The notes beneath the pieces were generated by a model, which worked only from the letters and a program-made list of their open reading frames with translations, had not been told where the DNA came from and did no database searches. A stretch of DNA of 63,551 nucleotides, counting the filler. It is 4 parts of 4 records of this genome, joined end to end, with 100 filler letters (N's around TTAATTAATTAA, not from the genome) between each part and the next. Parts side by side here need not be neighbours in the genome. Positions count along the whole stretch, not along the records: positions 1 to 30,621 come from DRR723986_4901; 3 more parts are not named here. The stretch is one strand, 5' to 3'. Below are positions 18,162-27,959 of this stretch, piece by piece. The first letter of the stretch is position 1. Each line of letters opens with the position of its first letter. The position numbers and the translations under genes are program-made.

Positions 18162-19108
18162 ACTGCCCGCCCGTCGAATGCACCCTCGGGCAGGGTATCG
18201 AGTTCGTTGCGGATGCGGGGCAGGGCTTCGGGGTGTTCTTCCTGAAGCCAGATGATCATTTTTTCCCGGATGAAGCAGCGCAAGTCCCATGCATCGGGAG
18301 AATTCTTTGCGCTGGCCAATGCGCGTATACGGATTGTATTCATGCCGGTATCGGTCACCTGCAGGTTCACGACGTCACCATCCCATAGGGGTGTCGCGCG
18401 GCAAATCTCAGTCAGCTTCTCCCGCATTTCGGAAACCGGTGCGCGATAGTCCAGCGACCAGAACACGCTGCCGATGATGTTTGCAGATTTCCGTGTCCAG
18501 TTCTGGAAGGGCTGTTCGATGAAATAGGAGAGCGGCACGATCAGGCGCCGCCAGTCCCAGATGCGGACGACGACGTAGAAGAGACCGATTTCCTCGATCC
18601 AGCCCCATTCGTCTTCCAGCACGACTGCATCGTCCAGCCGGATCGGTTGGGTGAAGGCGATCTGCAGGCCGGCGATCAGGTTCGACAGCATCGGCCGGGC
18701 CGCGATGCCGACCGCGATGCCCGCGATCCCGGCAGAGGCGAACAGGCTGACGCCGAATTGTTTCACGCCCGAGATCAGCGTCAGGGCCGCAGCGACGGTC
18801 ACCACGCCGACCGCGACAACCCAGATGCGCCGGATCACATCCAGACGTGTCGCAGACTTGCGGGCTTGCAGATTGTCAGCCTCGTGAAAGTTCAGCTTGG
18901 CGAGCCGCCGCTTGATCAGCCCGTCGACCAGCGTGCCGATGGTCCAGCCGGTGGCGGCGATGAAACATATGGAGGCCAGCACGTCCGGCCAGTTGCCCAG
19001 CTTATCCCAGTCGGGCGCCAGGCCCGTGTGCGGGACAGTCAGGATGGCCGCGCCAATCAGGGTGAACAGGGCAGGCGGCCGCGCGCGCTTCAGCCAGCGG
19101 ATACGCAT
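18140..19108 (-). CDS. mscS: Small-conductance mechanosensitive channel (start possibly upstream at 19174)
   Basis: SLFASAGIAGIAVGIAA, NLIAGLQIAFTQPIRLDD, WDWRRLIVP, PFQNWT. Confidence 0.92.
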   Translation of the reverse strand: MRIRWLKRARPPALFTLIGAAILTVPHTGLAPDWDKLGNWPDVLASICFIAATGWTIGTLVDGLIKRRLAKLNFHEADNLQARKSATRLDVIRRIWVVAVGVVTVAAALTLISGVKQFGVSLFASAGIAGIAVGIAARPMLSNLIAGLQIAFTQPIRLDDAVVLEDEWGWIEEIGLFYVVVRIWDWRRLIVPLSYFIEQPFQNWTRKSANIIGSVFWSLDYRAPVSEMREKLTEICRATPLWDGDVVNLQVTDTGMNTIRIRALASAKNSPDAWDLRCFIREKMIIWLQEEHPEALPRIRNELDTLPEGAFDGRAVQAGRME

Positions 19109-19203
19109 CGCCCGCTTCAGCTTTTCCCGCTTCGAGCGGTCGTCAGTCTGTTTCGCTTTAACCTCGCCGGCGATGACGGCACTCCTTCCGGTGATGCGTC
19201 TTA

Positions 19204-19229
19204 TACGTCCGGATAGGCCAAAGCGTTGC
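19204..19229 (-). promoter_or_regulatory. Putative EcfG/SigT-like promoter of mscS
   Basis: Minus strand GCAAC-N17-CGTA, 14 nt upstream of a GGAAGGAG RBS. Confidence 0.45.
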
Positions 19230-19292
19230 GATGGTTCAACAGCCGGCGCCGCGTTTCCTGCCGAAACGGCGCTGGCGGGCAGGGATTGGGCG

Positions 19293-19811
19293 CTATTTCA
19301 CCCGTTTGGCGCGGAAGGCCAGGCCGCCGTCCAGCTTCATCTTGTAACTGCCAAGCGCCGCCTGGTAGATGCGGGCTTCCTTCTGGCCGCGCGGGCTGAC
19401 GCCTTTGTCGTCCGTCTGTTCCCACACTTGGCCATTCTCAAGCGTGATGACCAGGGCACCGCGCCGGCCGCCAATGGACTGGATCGGGAAGGTGACTTCC
19501 TTCAGTTCATCCGATTTGGCATTGCCGCTCTCGTCCTTGCCGCCAAAAGCAAGTTTGGGAAGGGACGGGATGGAGAAGCCGAAACTGTCGCGTTTCACTT
19601 CCTCGACTTCCCTGCGGGTGAAGGTTTTCACTTCACCGGCTTCTTCTGCCGCTTTCAGGCGCCCGACCGCCGCATCGTAGCATGCCAGCCGGTCTGCATC
19701 GGCGGCAATCTCCTTACAGGCATATACGTCGGACGTGGACACGTCCTCAGCCAAGGCAGGCAGGGCGGCCAGGCTGATGGCGGCGGCGATAAATGCAATC
19801 GGGCGTTTCAT
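19293..19811 (-). CDS. Hypothetical secreted protein
   Basis: Signal peptide ending ALA; C..I.....RLACYD motif; C-terminal LENGQVWEQTD beta domain. Confidence 0.75.
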   Translation of the reverse strand: MKRPIAFIAAAISLAALPALAEDVSTSDVYACKEIAADADRLACYDAAVGRLKAAEEAGEVKTFTRREVEEVKRDSFGFSIPSLPKLAFGGKDESGNAKSDELKEVTFPIQSIGGRRGALVITLENGQVWEQTDDKGVSPRGQKEARIYQAALGSYKMKLDGGLAFRAKRVK

Positions 19812-20034
19812 GACGGCGTTCCTCGGAATGTTGGGCGGTGGCGCCCCGGTTGGCACCTGTGTCTGGCACCCTTGTCTTGTGCCATTTCTGGCAAATCCGG
19901 GCAGGCGCGGGAAGGGGAGGCCGCAGTTTGCGGCAAACTCAGCTTCCGTTCATTCAAATTCAGCAAAGTCTTTTCATTTACGTCACCATCTGGCAGCAAA
20001 CGATCCGAGACTGAGACTTATTAGGAGTATGTGC

Positions 20035-21663
20035 ATGATCTTCTCCCGTATGCGGGGCCTGATGGCCACCGGCGCTCTGGCCCTTGTCCTGGCTGCCTGC
20101 GGAGGCGGAGGCGGCGGATCTGCCAGCGATGTGCCGACACTGCGGCGCGGTATTTCAGCCAAGGTCGATACGCTCGATCCGCACAAGTCTTCGGCCCAGT
20201 GGGAGAACATCATCATTGGCGACATGTTCATCGGCCTGACCACCGATGGCGTCGATGCCCGTCCGGAACCCGGCATGGCGACGAGTTGGGAAACCAGCGA
20301 GGACGGCCTCGTCTGGACCTTCCATCTCGGCGATTACTACTGGTCCGATGGCAATCCGGTTGTGGCCGACGACTTCGTCTACGGCCTGCGCCGTATCCAG
20401 TCCCCGGAAGTGGCGTCGCAATATTCCTCGCTGCTCTACCTCATCAAGAACGCGGCGCCGATCAACGAAGGCAAATTGCCGCCGGAAGAGCTTGGTGCCC
20501 GCGCCATCGACGACAAGACGCTGGAACTGACACTGGAATATCCGGCACCCTACCTGCCGGGCCTCCTCTCGCACTACACGACCTATCCGGTGCCGAGCCA
20601 TGCGATCGAGACTTATGGCGATGCCTGGATCCAGCCGGACAACATCGTGGTGAACGGTCCGTACAAGCTGGTTTACTGGCGTACCGGCGACCAGCTGGTG
20701 GCGGACAAGAACCCAACCGGCTTTGGCGCCGAGAGTGCCTGCTTCGACCGCGTGGTCTATTTCGAGCTGGAAGACCTGACCTCGGTCGAGAACAAGATCC
20801 AGGCCGGCGAACTCGACATCAACAATGCGTTCGACGGTGCACGCCAGGCCGAGATCGAGACCAAGCTGCCGGGCTGGGTCCGCACCACGCCGGCGCTGAT
20901 CACGACCTACTGGACGTTCAATTCCTCGATTGCCCCGTTTGACGATGTACGCGTGCGCAAGGCGCTGTCCATGGCGCTCGACCGGGAGTTCATGGTGAAA
21001 AGCGTGCTGACGCCGGGCTATGTGCCGGCCTATTCCATGGTGCCTCCTGGGATCGACAATTACGACGCGCCGCGCCCGCATGTGGAATGGGAAACCATGC
21101 CCCGCGAGGAGCGTCTCGCAGAAGCCAAGCGTCTGTTGGAAGAGGCCGGTTTCGGCCCGGACAACCCGCTGGCGTTCGAGTACATCCACCGCTCGACGGA
21201 TGACAATCCGAAGGTCGCCCCGGTCGCGCAGGCCAACTGGGCCGAGATTGCGCCATGGGTGAAGCCGACCATCGTGAAGCAGGATACCAAGGTGCTGTAC
21301 GCCCGCCTGCGCCAGTCGGACTTCCAGGTGGCCGATGCGGCCTGGGTGGCGGACTTCGACGACCCGATCAACTTCCTCTACCTGCTGAAATCCGACACCG
21401 GCCAGCAGAACTACGGCAATTACAACAATTCTGAATATGACGCGCTGCTGCAGCGGTCGAATGCGGAACTGGACCTGAAGAAGCGGGCCGAGACGTTCGC
21501 TGAAGCCGAAGACCTGATGCTGAGCGACTATCCGATCACGCCGATGTGGTTCCAGGTCACCAAGAACCTCGTTGACCCGGATCTGACGGGCTATGAGGAC
21601 AATGCCAAAGACCAGCACCGCTCGCGCTTTATGTGCAAGAGTGGTATCAAGCCGACCGAATAG
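20035..21663 (+). CDS. oppA: Oligopeptide ABC transporter substrate-binding lipoprotein (SBP family 5)
   Basis: Lipobox LAAC; TLDPH, PGMATSWETSEDGLVWTFHL, WSDG.PV.A.DF, VNGPYKL, PFDDVRVRKAL. Confidence 0.92.
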   Translation: MIFSRMRGLMATGALALVLAACGGGGGGSASDVPTLRRGISAKVDTLDPHKSSAQWENIIIGDMFIGLTTDGVDARPEPGMATSWETSEDGLVWTFHLGDYYWSDGNPVVADDFVYGLRRIQSPEVASQYSSLLYLIKNAAPINEGKLPPEELGARAIDDKTLELTLEYPAPYLPGLLSHYTTYPVPSHAIETYGDAWIQPDNIVVNGPYKLVYWRTGDQLVADKNPTGFGAESACFDRVVYFELEDLTSVENKIQAGELDINNAFDGARQAEIETKLPGWVRTTPALITTYWTFNSSIAPFDDVRVRKALSMALDREFMVKSVLTPGYVPAYSMVPPGIDNYDAPRPHVEWETMPREERLAEAKRLLEEAGFGPDNPLAFEYIHRSTDDNPKVAPVAQANWAEIAPWVKPTIVKQDTKVLYARLRQSDFQVADAAWVADFDDPINFLYLLKSDTGQQNYGNYNNSEYDALLQRSNAELDLKKRAETFAEAEDLMLSDYPITPMWFQVTKNLVDPDLTGYEDNAKDQHRSRFMCKSGIKPTE

Positions 21664-21688
21664 GCGTCGCTGAAAAGGGGGAGGCGGC

Positions 21689-22777
21689 ATGAGCCACGAC
21701 ATGGAAGCGGCCGGGGCTGCCGCCCTTGGCGGCCTCACCTCGGGCGAACATCATCCGGTCACGCAGGGCGAGCCTTGCCGGAACTGCGGCGGGCCGGTTG
21801 AGGCGCGCTACTGTTCGCGCTGCGGACAGCTGGCGTCTAACTTCCACCGGCCCTTTTTCAGCCTGGTCATGTCTAGCCTGGCGGACACGTTCGCGCTGGA
21901 CAGCCGGCTGTGGCGCTCTGTGCCCCTGCTGCTGTTCCGGCCGGGCCGGATGACGCGAAATTATCTGGACGGCAAGCGCGCGCGCTATGTCCCGCCGTTC
22001 CGATTGTTCCTGCTGGCGTCGGTCCTGTTCTTCCTCACCGTGTTCGGACTGGGGGAACGGCTCGGCTGGTACCAGAACTGGCAGCTCAACCCGGGATCGG
22101 CCGTGAGCATGACCGAAGAGGAACGGTCGCAGGTAAAGGCCGCTATCGAGACACAGCTCGCTGATGAGACGCTCGACCCCGCCAGCCGGGCCGGGCTGGA
22201 AATCGCCCTCGAGAACCTTGAGGCTGGCTCCAGGATTCCTTTCCTGGACGAGGAAACCGGTACGGTGGACCGGGATGCCCTCAACGAGATGATTGACCTG
22301 ACCACAGATGAAGGCGCCTCGCCGGAGGAGGTCGAGACGATCAGGGGGGCAGGGGAGCGGCTCGCCAACGTCCTGGAAAACCAGGACCGGTTTGGCGCCC
22401 GGATGCGGGAATGGGCGCCGCGCTTCAGCCTGATGTTCATGCCGCTTCTGGCGCTGATGCTGACGGTCATGTATGCGTGGCACCGCAGGGTTTACGTGTA
22501 CGATCACGTCATCACGGCGCTTCATTTCCAGACCTTTGTTTACAGCCTGTTGACCTTGTTGCTGCTCGTCGGGGCGTTTTTGCACGTCGGAGCAGGCTGG
22601 TTAGCCGCGATCGGGATCATCTGGGGCGTCTGGTATCTCCACCGCCAGCTCCGCGTGGCGTACGGAACCGGTTTTTTCATGGCGGCCCTTCGTACCTCCA
22701 TTTTACTGATTCTGGGCATAACCGTGCTGTTTCTGCTGGCGCTCGGGCTGGTTATCCTCAGTTTTCTCCTGACTTGA
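21689..22777 (+). CDS. DUF3667-domain membrane protein
   Basis: CRNCG...YCSRCGQ zinc ribbon, RPG.MT..YL.GKR.RYVPPFRLFL, several TM helices. Confidence 0.85.
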   Translation: MSHDMEAAGAAALGGLTSGEHHPVTQGEPCRNCGGPVEARYCSRCGQLASNFHRPFFSLVMSSLADTFALDSRLWRSVPLLLFRPGRMTRNYLDGKRARYVPPFRLFLLASVLFFLTVFGLGERLGWYQNWQLNPGSAVSMTEEERSQVKAAIETQLADETLDPASRAGLEIALENLEAGSRIPFLDEETGTVDRDALNEMIDLTTDEGASPEEVETIRGAGERLANVLENQDRFGARMREWAPRFSLMFMPLLALMLTVMYAWHRRVYVYDHVITALHFQTFVYSLLTLLLLVGAFLHVGAGWLAAIGIIWGVWYLHRQLRVAYGTGFFMAALRTSILLILGITVLFLLALGLVILSFLLT

Positions 22778-22956
22778 CGGGGTTTGCCTCGCAAACTGAG
22801 GCAAATAAACCACACCCCACTTCTTTCGATGACAGAACGGTAACAGCACGTTGACGCTGACGTGACGTGAGCCGTATCGATAGGCCCAAGTCCGGATTTC
22901 AGGGGTCCGGGCATGCGCTTGTGCTCAAGCGCAGTTTAACTTTTGGAGGTAATATA

Positions 22957-25900
22957 GTGAACGGGAAATCCATGAAGTCCCGCCTGCTTGCTTCGTCCGT
23001 CTTCGCGGGTGCAGCATTTATGGCGCAGGCGAGCATGCTCGCCGTTGCCCAGGAAGCAGACGAAGCCGTCGATACCGTGGCAACAACCACGGAAGACGCA
23101 ACCGCACGCCAGGAAACGGTGTACGTGACCGGTTCGCGCATCGCGCAGCCGAACATGACCACCACCAGCCCGGTGACCTCGGTTTCTGCAAATGATGTGA
23201 AACTGCAGGGTGTGACGCGCGTTGAAGACCTCGTCACCCAGCTGCCGCAGGCTTTTGCCGCGCAGAACTCCACCGTTTCGAACGGTGCATCCGGTACCGC
23301 AACGGTTTCGCTGCGTAACCTCGACCTCGGCGGCAGCGCAACGCGTACGCTGGTCCTGGTTGACGGCAAGCGCCTGCCGTACGGTTCGCCGAACGATGCA
23401 GCTGCCGACCTCAACTTGATCCCGGGCCAGATGATCGAGCGCGTTGATGTCCTGACGGGCGGCGCTTCGGCTGTCTACGGTTCGGACGCCATCGCCGGCG
23501 TTGTCAACTTCATCATGAAGGACGACTTCGAAGGCGTTCAGATCGACACGCAATACGGTTTCTACCAGCACAACAACGACTACGACACGAACGGCGACCT
23601 TCGTGACGTGATCGCCCAGCGTGCCGTTGGCAACCCGTCGCAGTTCGCTCTGCCGGACGACAACGTTACCGACGGTTACTCCAAAGAGATCACCGCCATC
23701 ATGGGCGTGAACACCGATGACGGCCGCGGCAACCTGACAGCCTGGTTCGGTTATCGTAACAACGACGAAGTGCTTCAGGGCAATCGCGACTACTCCGCTT
23801 GTGCTATCGGTTCTGCTACGGCTACCGGCTTCACATGCGGTGGGTCGTCCACGTCCTTCCCGGGCCGCTTCACGGACTTCGACGCGTTCAACTACACGAT
23901 CGATCCGGCAACCGGCGAGTTCCGCGATTTTGATGGCGCAACCGACCAGTACAACTACGGTCCGCTGAACTTCTATCAGCGTCCGGACGAGCGCTACTCG
24001 GCAGGTTTCAATGGTCATTACCAGATCAACGACTATGCTGAAGCCTACACCCAGTTCATGTTCATGGACTACCAGTCGAACGCTCAGATTGCTCCGTCGG
24101 GCAACTTCTTCGCGACGACGAGCCTGAACTGCGACAACCCGCTCCTTTCGGCTTCTCAGGCGGCAGACATCGGCTGTACGCCGGCGAACATTGCTGCTGG
24201 TGACTCCATCGGCATGTATATCGCCCGCCGTAACGTCGAAGGCGGCGGTCGTCAGGACCACCTCGGCTACCAGACCTATCGCGGTGTGGCTGGCCTGCGC
24301 GGCGACCTGTACAAGGCTCCGGGCTGGTCATATGACGTCTCCGCTTCGTTCGCCCAGGTTACCCTGAGCCGTTCGTACCGGAACGAATTCTCCATCACCC
24401 GCCTGAACCGTGCCCTGAACGTCGTTGATGACGGCACCGGCACGGCAGTCTGTGCAAGCGTTCTCGACGGCACCGACCCGAACTGTGTGCCGTGGGATAT
24501 CTTCACGGTTGGTAACGTGACCCCGGAAGCTCTGGCTTACCTGCAGGTTCCGCTGCTCCAGACCGGTACCACCGAGCAGAACATCGTTTCCGGTGTCCTG
24601 ACCGGTGATCTTGGTCAGTATGGCTTCCAGTCGCCGTCGGCGAACTCCGGCCTCCAGGTTGCTCTTGGTGCTGAATACCGCCGTGACGCTCTGGAATCGA
24701 TCACCGACAACTCGTTCGCAACGGGTGACGGTGCTGGTCAGGGTGGCCCGACCATCGGTCTCTCTGGTGCGGTCGACTCCTACGACGTGTTCGCGGAATT
24801 CCAGATGCCGCTGGTTGAGGGCAAGCCGGGCGTTGAGCTCCTGTCCATCGAAGGCGCTTATCGTTACTCCGATTATTCGACCGGCATCAGCGCCGACTCG
24901 TACAAAATCGGGGGTGACTATGCTCCGACTTCGGACATCCGCTTCCGCGCCAGCTTCCAGAAAGCTGTTCGTGCACCGAACGTGATCGACCTCTTCCAGG
25001 CTCAGGGCTTCAACCTGTTCGACCTGGACGACGATCTCTGTGACTTCACCGACCCGGCCGGCGACGGCACCGGTGGTGCAGCATGTATCGGTACGAACCC
25101 GTGGCAGGTCACTCAGGCGCAAGCCGATGGTGGCGCTCTGGGATCGCCGGCTGGTCAGTACAACTACCTGCAAGGTGGTAACCCGGACCTCCAGCCGGAA
25201 GAAGCTGAAACCCTCACGATCGGCTTTGTTGCTACGCCGACCTTCCTGCCGGGCTTCTCGGCATCGGTCGACTACTACAACATCGACATCACCGATGCGA
25301 TCTCGACGGTTGGTTCGTCTGTGACCATGCAGCTCTGCTACCTGCAGGGCGATGCTGATGCGTGTCAGCGCATCCAGCGTAACGCCAACGGCCAGCTCTG
25401 GGTCGGCACCGGCAACGTTGTTGACCTGAACGTCAACATCGGTGGCGTGGAAACCTCCGGTTTCGATATCTCGGCTGCCTATGGCCTGGATCTCGGCACC
25501 TATGGTTCGTTGAACCTGAGCATGAACGGTACCCTGCTCGACAGCTTCGATGTCGACCCGGTTGGTAACGCTGCATACGCCTATGACTGCGTCGGTAAGT
25601 ACGGCAACGACTGCTTCACCCCGACCCCGGAATGGCGTCACCGCGCCCGTGCAAGCTGGGCCACCCCGGTTGACGGTCTCGACCTGGCGGCAACCTGGCG
25701 TTACATCGGCTCCGCCGATCTCGACACCGGTGTCACCGGCCGCGTGGACTCCACGCTGGAAGAGCAGAACTACATCGACCTGTCCGGCCAGTGGGCCGCG
25801 AAAGACTGGGTCTCGTTCCGCTTTGGTGTGAACAATGTGCTGGATGATGATCCGCCGCTGTCCGCTTCGACCGGTACGACGGGTAACGGTAACACCTACC

Positions 25901-25959
25901 CGCAGACCTACGACGCAATGGGTCGTTACTTCTTCGTCGGTGCGACGTTCGACTTCTAA
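22957..25959 (+). CDS. TonB-dependent outer-membrane receptor
   Basis: Signal peptide, ETVYVTGSRI TonB box, plug RTLVLVDGKR and GASAVYGSDAIAGVVNFI, C-terminal Phe; GGAGG before GTG. Confidence 0.96.
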   Translation: MNGKSMKSRLLASSVFAGAAFMAQASMLAVAQEADEAVDTVATTTEDATARQETVYVTGSRIAQPNMTTTSPVTSVSANDVKLQGVTRVEDLVTQLPQAFAAQNSTVSNGASGTATVSLRNLDLGGSATRTLVLVDGKRLPYGSPNDAAADLNLIPGQMIERVDVLTGGASAVYGSDAIAGVVNFIMKDDFEGVQIDTQYGFYQHNNDYDTNGDLRDVIAQRAVGNPSQFALPDDNVTDGYSKEITAIMGVNTDDGRGNLTAWFGYRNNDEVLQGNRDYSACAIGSATATGFTCGGSSTSFPGRFTDFDAFNYTIDPATGEFRDFDGATDQYNYGPLNFYQRPDERYSAGFNGHYQINDYAEAYTQFMFMDYQSNAQIAPSGNFFATTSLNCDNPLLSASQAADIGCTPANIAAGDSIGMYIARRNVEGGGRQDHLGYQTYRGVAGLRGDLYKAPGWSYDVSASFAQVTLSRSYRNEFSITRLNRALNVVDDGTGTAVCASVLDGTDPNCVPWDIFTVGNVTPEALAYLQVPLLQTGTTEQNIVSGVLTGDLGQYGFQSPSANSGLQVALGAEYRRDALESITDNSFATGDGAGQGGPTIGLSGAVDSYDVFAEFQMPLVEGKPGVELLSIEGAYRYSDYSTGISADSYKIGGDYAPTSDIRFRASFQKAVRAPNVIDLFQAQGFNLFDLDDDLCDFTDPAGDGTGGAACIGTNPWQVTQAQADGGALGSPAGQYNYLQGGNPDLQPEEAETLTIGFVATPTFLPGFSASVDYYNIDITDAISTVGSSVTMQLCYLQGDADACQRIQRNANGQLWVGTGNVVDLNVNIGGVETSGFDISAAYGLDLGTYGSLNLSMNGTLLDSFDVDPVGNAAYAYDCVGKYGNDCFTPTPEWRHRARASWATPVDGLDLAATWRYIGSADLDTGVTGRVDSTLEEQNYIDLSGQWAAKDWVSFRFGVNNVLDDDPPLSASTGTTGNGNTYPQTYDAMGRYFFVGATFDF

Positions 25960-25986
25960 GTCGGCCCGCCCAACGGTAAAATTGGG

Positions 25987-26014
25987 AACGGCGGTCCTTC
26001 GGGACCGCCGTTTT
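25987..26014 (+). terminator. Rho-independent terminator of the TonB receptor gene
   Basis: aacggcggtcc-TTCG-ggaccgccgtt followed by T residues. Confidence 0.9.
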
Positions 26015-26149
26015 CATTTGGCTGTAAGAAAAAGTGATCAGCGCGGTGCGCCGCGAGCCGCCGTAAGTGGTCCGTATAATGGGTATATATTGTGTTCTTT
26101 ATCGTCCGCCGGAACAGTCTTATCCGACCGGATTGGGGCAGGGGGCAGC

Positions 26150-27043
26150 TCAGTCGTCCGCGCGCCAGCGGGCATAGATCGCCGTCGGCAGCAAGCGGTC
26201 GGAGTCTTTTTGCGGCAAGGCCATTTCGCCCATTTCCATCGTGCCGCCATGGGGCTTCAGCCGGTCGGCGAGGGCCTGCGCGAGTGCGAGGTAAGACAGG
26301 CGCACGGCGTAGGCCGTGAGGATCACGAAGCGGGGCTGATCGCTCAGCAGATCGCGTACAGTGTCCAGTAATTCCGGAAGATTTTCCTCGAAACGCCAGG
26401 TCTCGTTCTTCGGGCCGCGGCCGAATTTCGGCGGGTCCAGGATGATGCCGTCATATCGGTTGCCGCGGCGGATTTCACGGGCTGTGAACTTCATCGCATC
26501 GTCAGCAATCCAGCGAATCGGCTTGTCGTCGAGGCCGCTGAGAGACTGGTTTTCCTTGCCATAGCCGTTCGATTTTGGGCTCGCATCGAGGTGCACCACC
26601 TCCGCGCCGGCTGCGGCGCAGGCGAGCGACATCATTCCGGTATAACCGAACAGATTCAAGGCTTTGACAGGGCGTCCCGCCGCGCGGATCTGGTCCTGGG
26701 CGAAGCGCCAGTGGACCGAATGCTCCTGGAAAACGCCCATATGGCGGAAGGCGGTGCGCCGGGCATTGAAGGTGAGGCCGTTCCAGCGCATCGGCCAGGT
26801 GTCCTGCGCCTTCGGGGAGAGGATCTCCCAGTTGCCGGATCCATCTTCATCATTGTTCTTGCTGGAAAAACGGGCGTCAGCGCGCCAGGTCTCCACTGGC
26901 CGGGCGGGTTCCCAGAAGGCCTGCGGATCGGGCCGGATCACGGTCTGGCTGCCGAAGCGTTCCAGCTTCTGAAGGTGGCCGGAATCGAGCAGGGCGTAGT
27001 CTTCCCAGTCATCCGCGACCAGCAGCTTTGTCTCTGTTTTCAT
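26150..27043 (-). CDS. Class I SAM-dependent (RlmI/RlmK-like) methyltransferase
   Basis: LNLFGYTG motif I, IILDPPKFGRG; ATGA overlap with the upstream gene. Confidence 0.88.
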   Translation of the reverse strand: MKTETKLLVADDWEDYALLDSGHLQKLERFGSQTVIRPDPQAFWEPARPVETWRADARFSSKNNDEDGSGNWEILSPKAQDTWPMRWNGLTFNARRTAFRHMGVFQEHSVHWRFAQDQIRAAGRPVKALNLFGYTGMMSLACAAAGAEVVHLDASPKSNGYGKENQSLSGLDDKPIRWIADDAMKFTAREIRRGNRYDGIILDPPKFGRGPKNETWRFEENLPELLDTVRDLLSDQPRFVILTAYAVRLSYLALAQALADRLKPHGGTMEMGEMALPQKDSDRLLPTAIYARWRADD

Positions 27044-27861
27044 TGAAAATCTCGCTGCCGCCAAGCCTCATAGACCATAATCGCGGTGGCCTGCGCAAGG
27101 TTCAGACTGTCAGCTCCGCCGCGCATGGGGATGAGGACGAGCTGGTCGCAATCGGCTTCAACGGCGGGCGGCAGGCCGGCCTGTTCATTGCCCATCAGAA
27201 TGACCGTATCCTGTTGCAGATCCACCAGATCGTGGCGGGCCGTGCCGTTCACGGAGGCGGCGACGGAGGCGATGCCGGCCTTGCGCCGCCAGGCTTCGAA
27301 TGCTTCATAGGAGGCGGGGGCGAAGGGCATGTCGAACAGCGATCCCATGGACGCGCGAACGGCCTCGAAACTGTAAGGATCACAACAGGTTCCGACGAGG
27401 ATGACCCCATCCGCTCCGGCGCAGTCGGCCGTCCTGAGGATGGTGCCGAGGTTGCCCGGGTCGCGCACTTCATAAAGGGCGACGAAAAGCGACTTCTGCG
27501 GACCATGCCGGACTTCCAGCTGATCAAGCGTGACCTGGCGCTGCTTAAACGTGGCGATAACGGACTGGGCGTTGTCCTTGTGCGTGATCTTTGACATCAG
27601 CCGCTCTGGCACCAGCACGACCCGCGCGCCGGCAGCTTCGGCCTTGTCGGCGAGGGCGGCGATATGAGGTCGGTCGGCAACCGCCGCGGCGACAACCAGC
27701 GTGTCCGGCTGCCAGTTATTGGCGAGGCCCTGTTCCACAAGGCGCGCGCCTTCGGCCAGGAACAGGCCACTCGCCTGGCGTTCCTTCTTCCGCTCAAGGC
27801 CTTTCAGCGACTTGATCAGCGGGTTCGACGAGGAGGTGAGGGTTTCTGGCGGGCGTTTCAT
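27040..27861 (-). CDS. TrmH/SpoU-family RNA methyltransferase
   Basis: DPGNLGTILRT, MGNEQAGL, IPMRGGADSLNLA. Confidence 0.95.
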   Translation of the reverse strand: MKRPPETLTSSSNPLIKSLKGLERKKERQASGLFLAEGARLVEQGLANNWQPDTLVVAAAVADRPHIAALADKAEAAGARVVLVPERLMSKITHKDNAQSVIATFKQRQVTLDQLEVRHGPQKSLFVALYEVRDPGNLGTILRTADCAGADGVILVGTCCDPYSFEAVRASMGSLFDMPFAPASYEAFEAWRRKAGIASVAASVNGTARHDLVDLQQDTVILMGNEQAGLPPAVEADCDQLVLIPMRGGADSLNLAQATAIMVYEAWRQRDFQ

Positions 27862-27959
27862 GCGTTGTGGATCGCGTGCGGCGGACTCTTGCGACGGGTC
27901 CCTGAATAGGGCATCCCATCACAAAGGGAATGCCTAACAGGAGGTTAGCGGGGTCCCGA

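Noticed and set aside
20155-25641. Long minus-strand ORFs (20155-21738, 22936-24261, 24328-25641)
   Set aside because: Antisense shadows of oppA and the TonB receptor gene
26035-26100. AT-rich patch with NrdR-like (atatattgtgt) and RpoE-like fragments
   Set aside because: Only half matches or wrong spacing, and it lies between convergent gene ends
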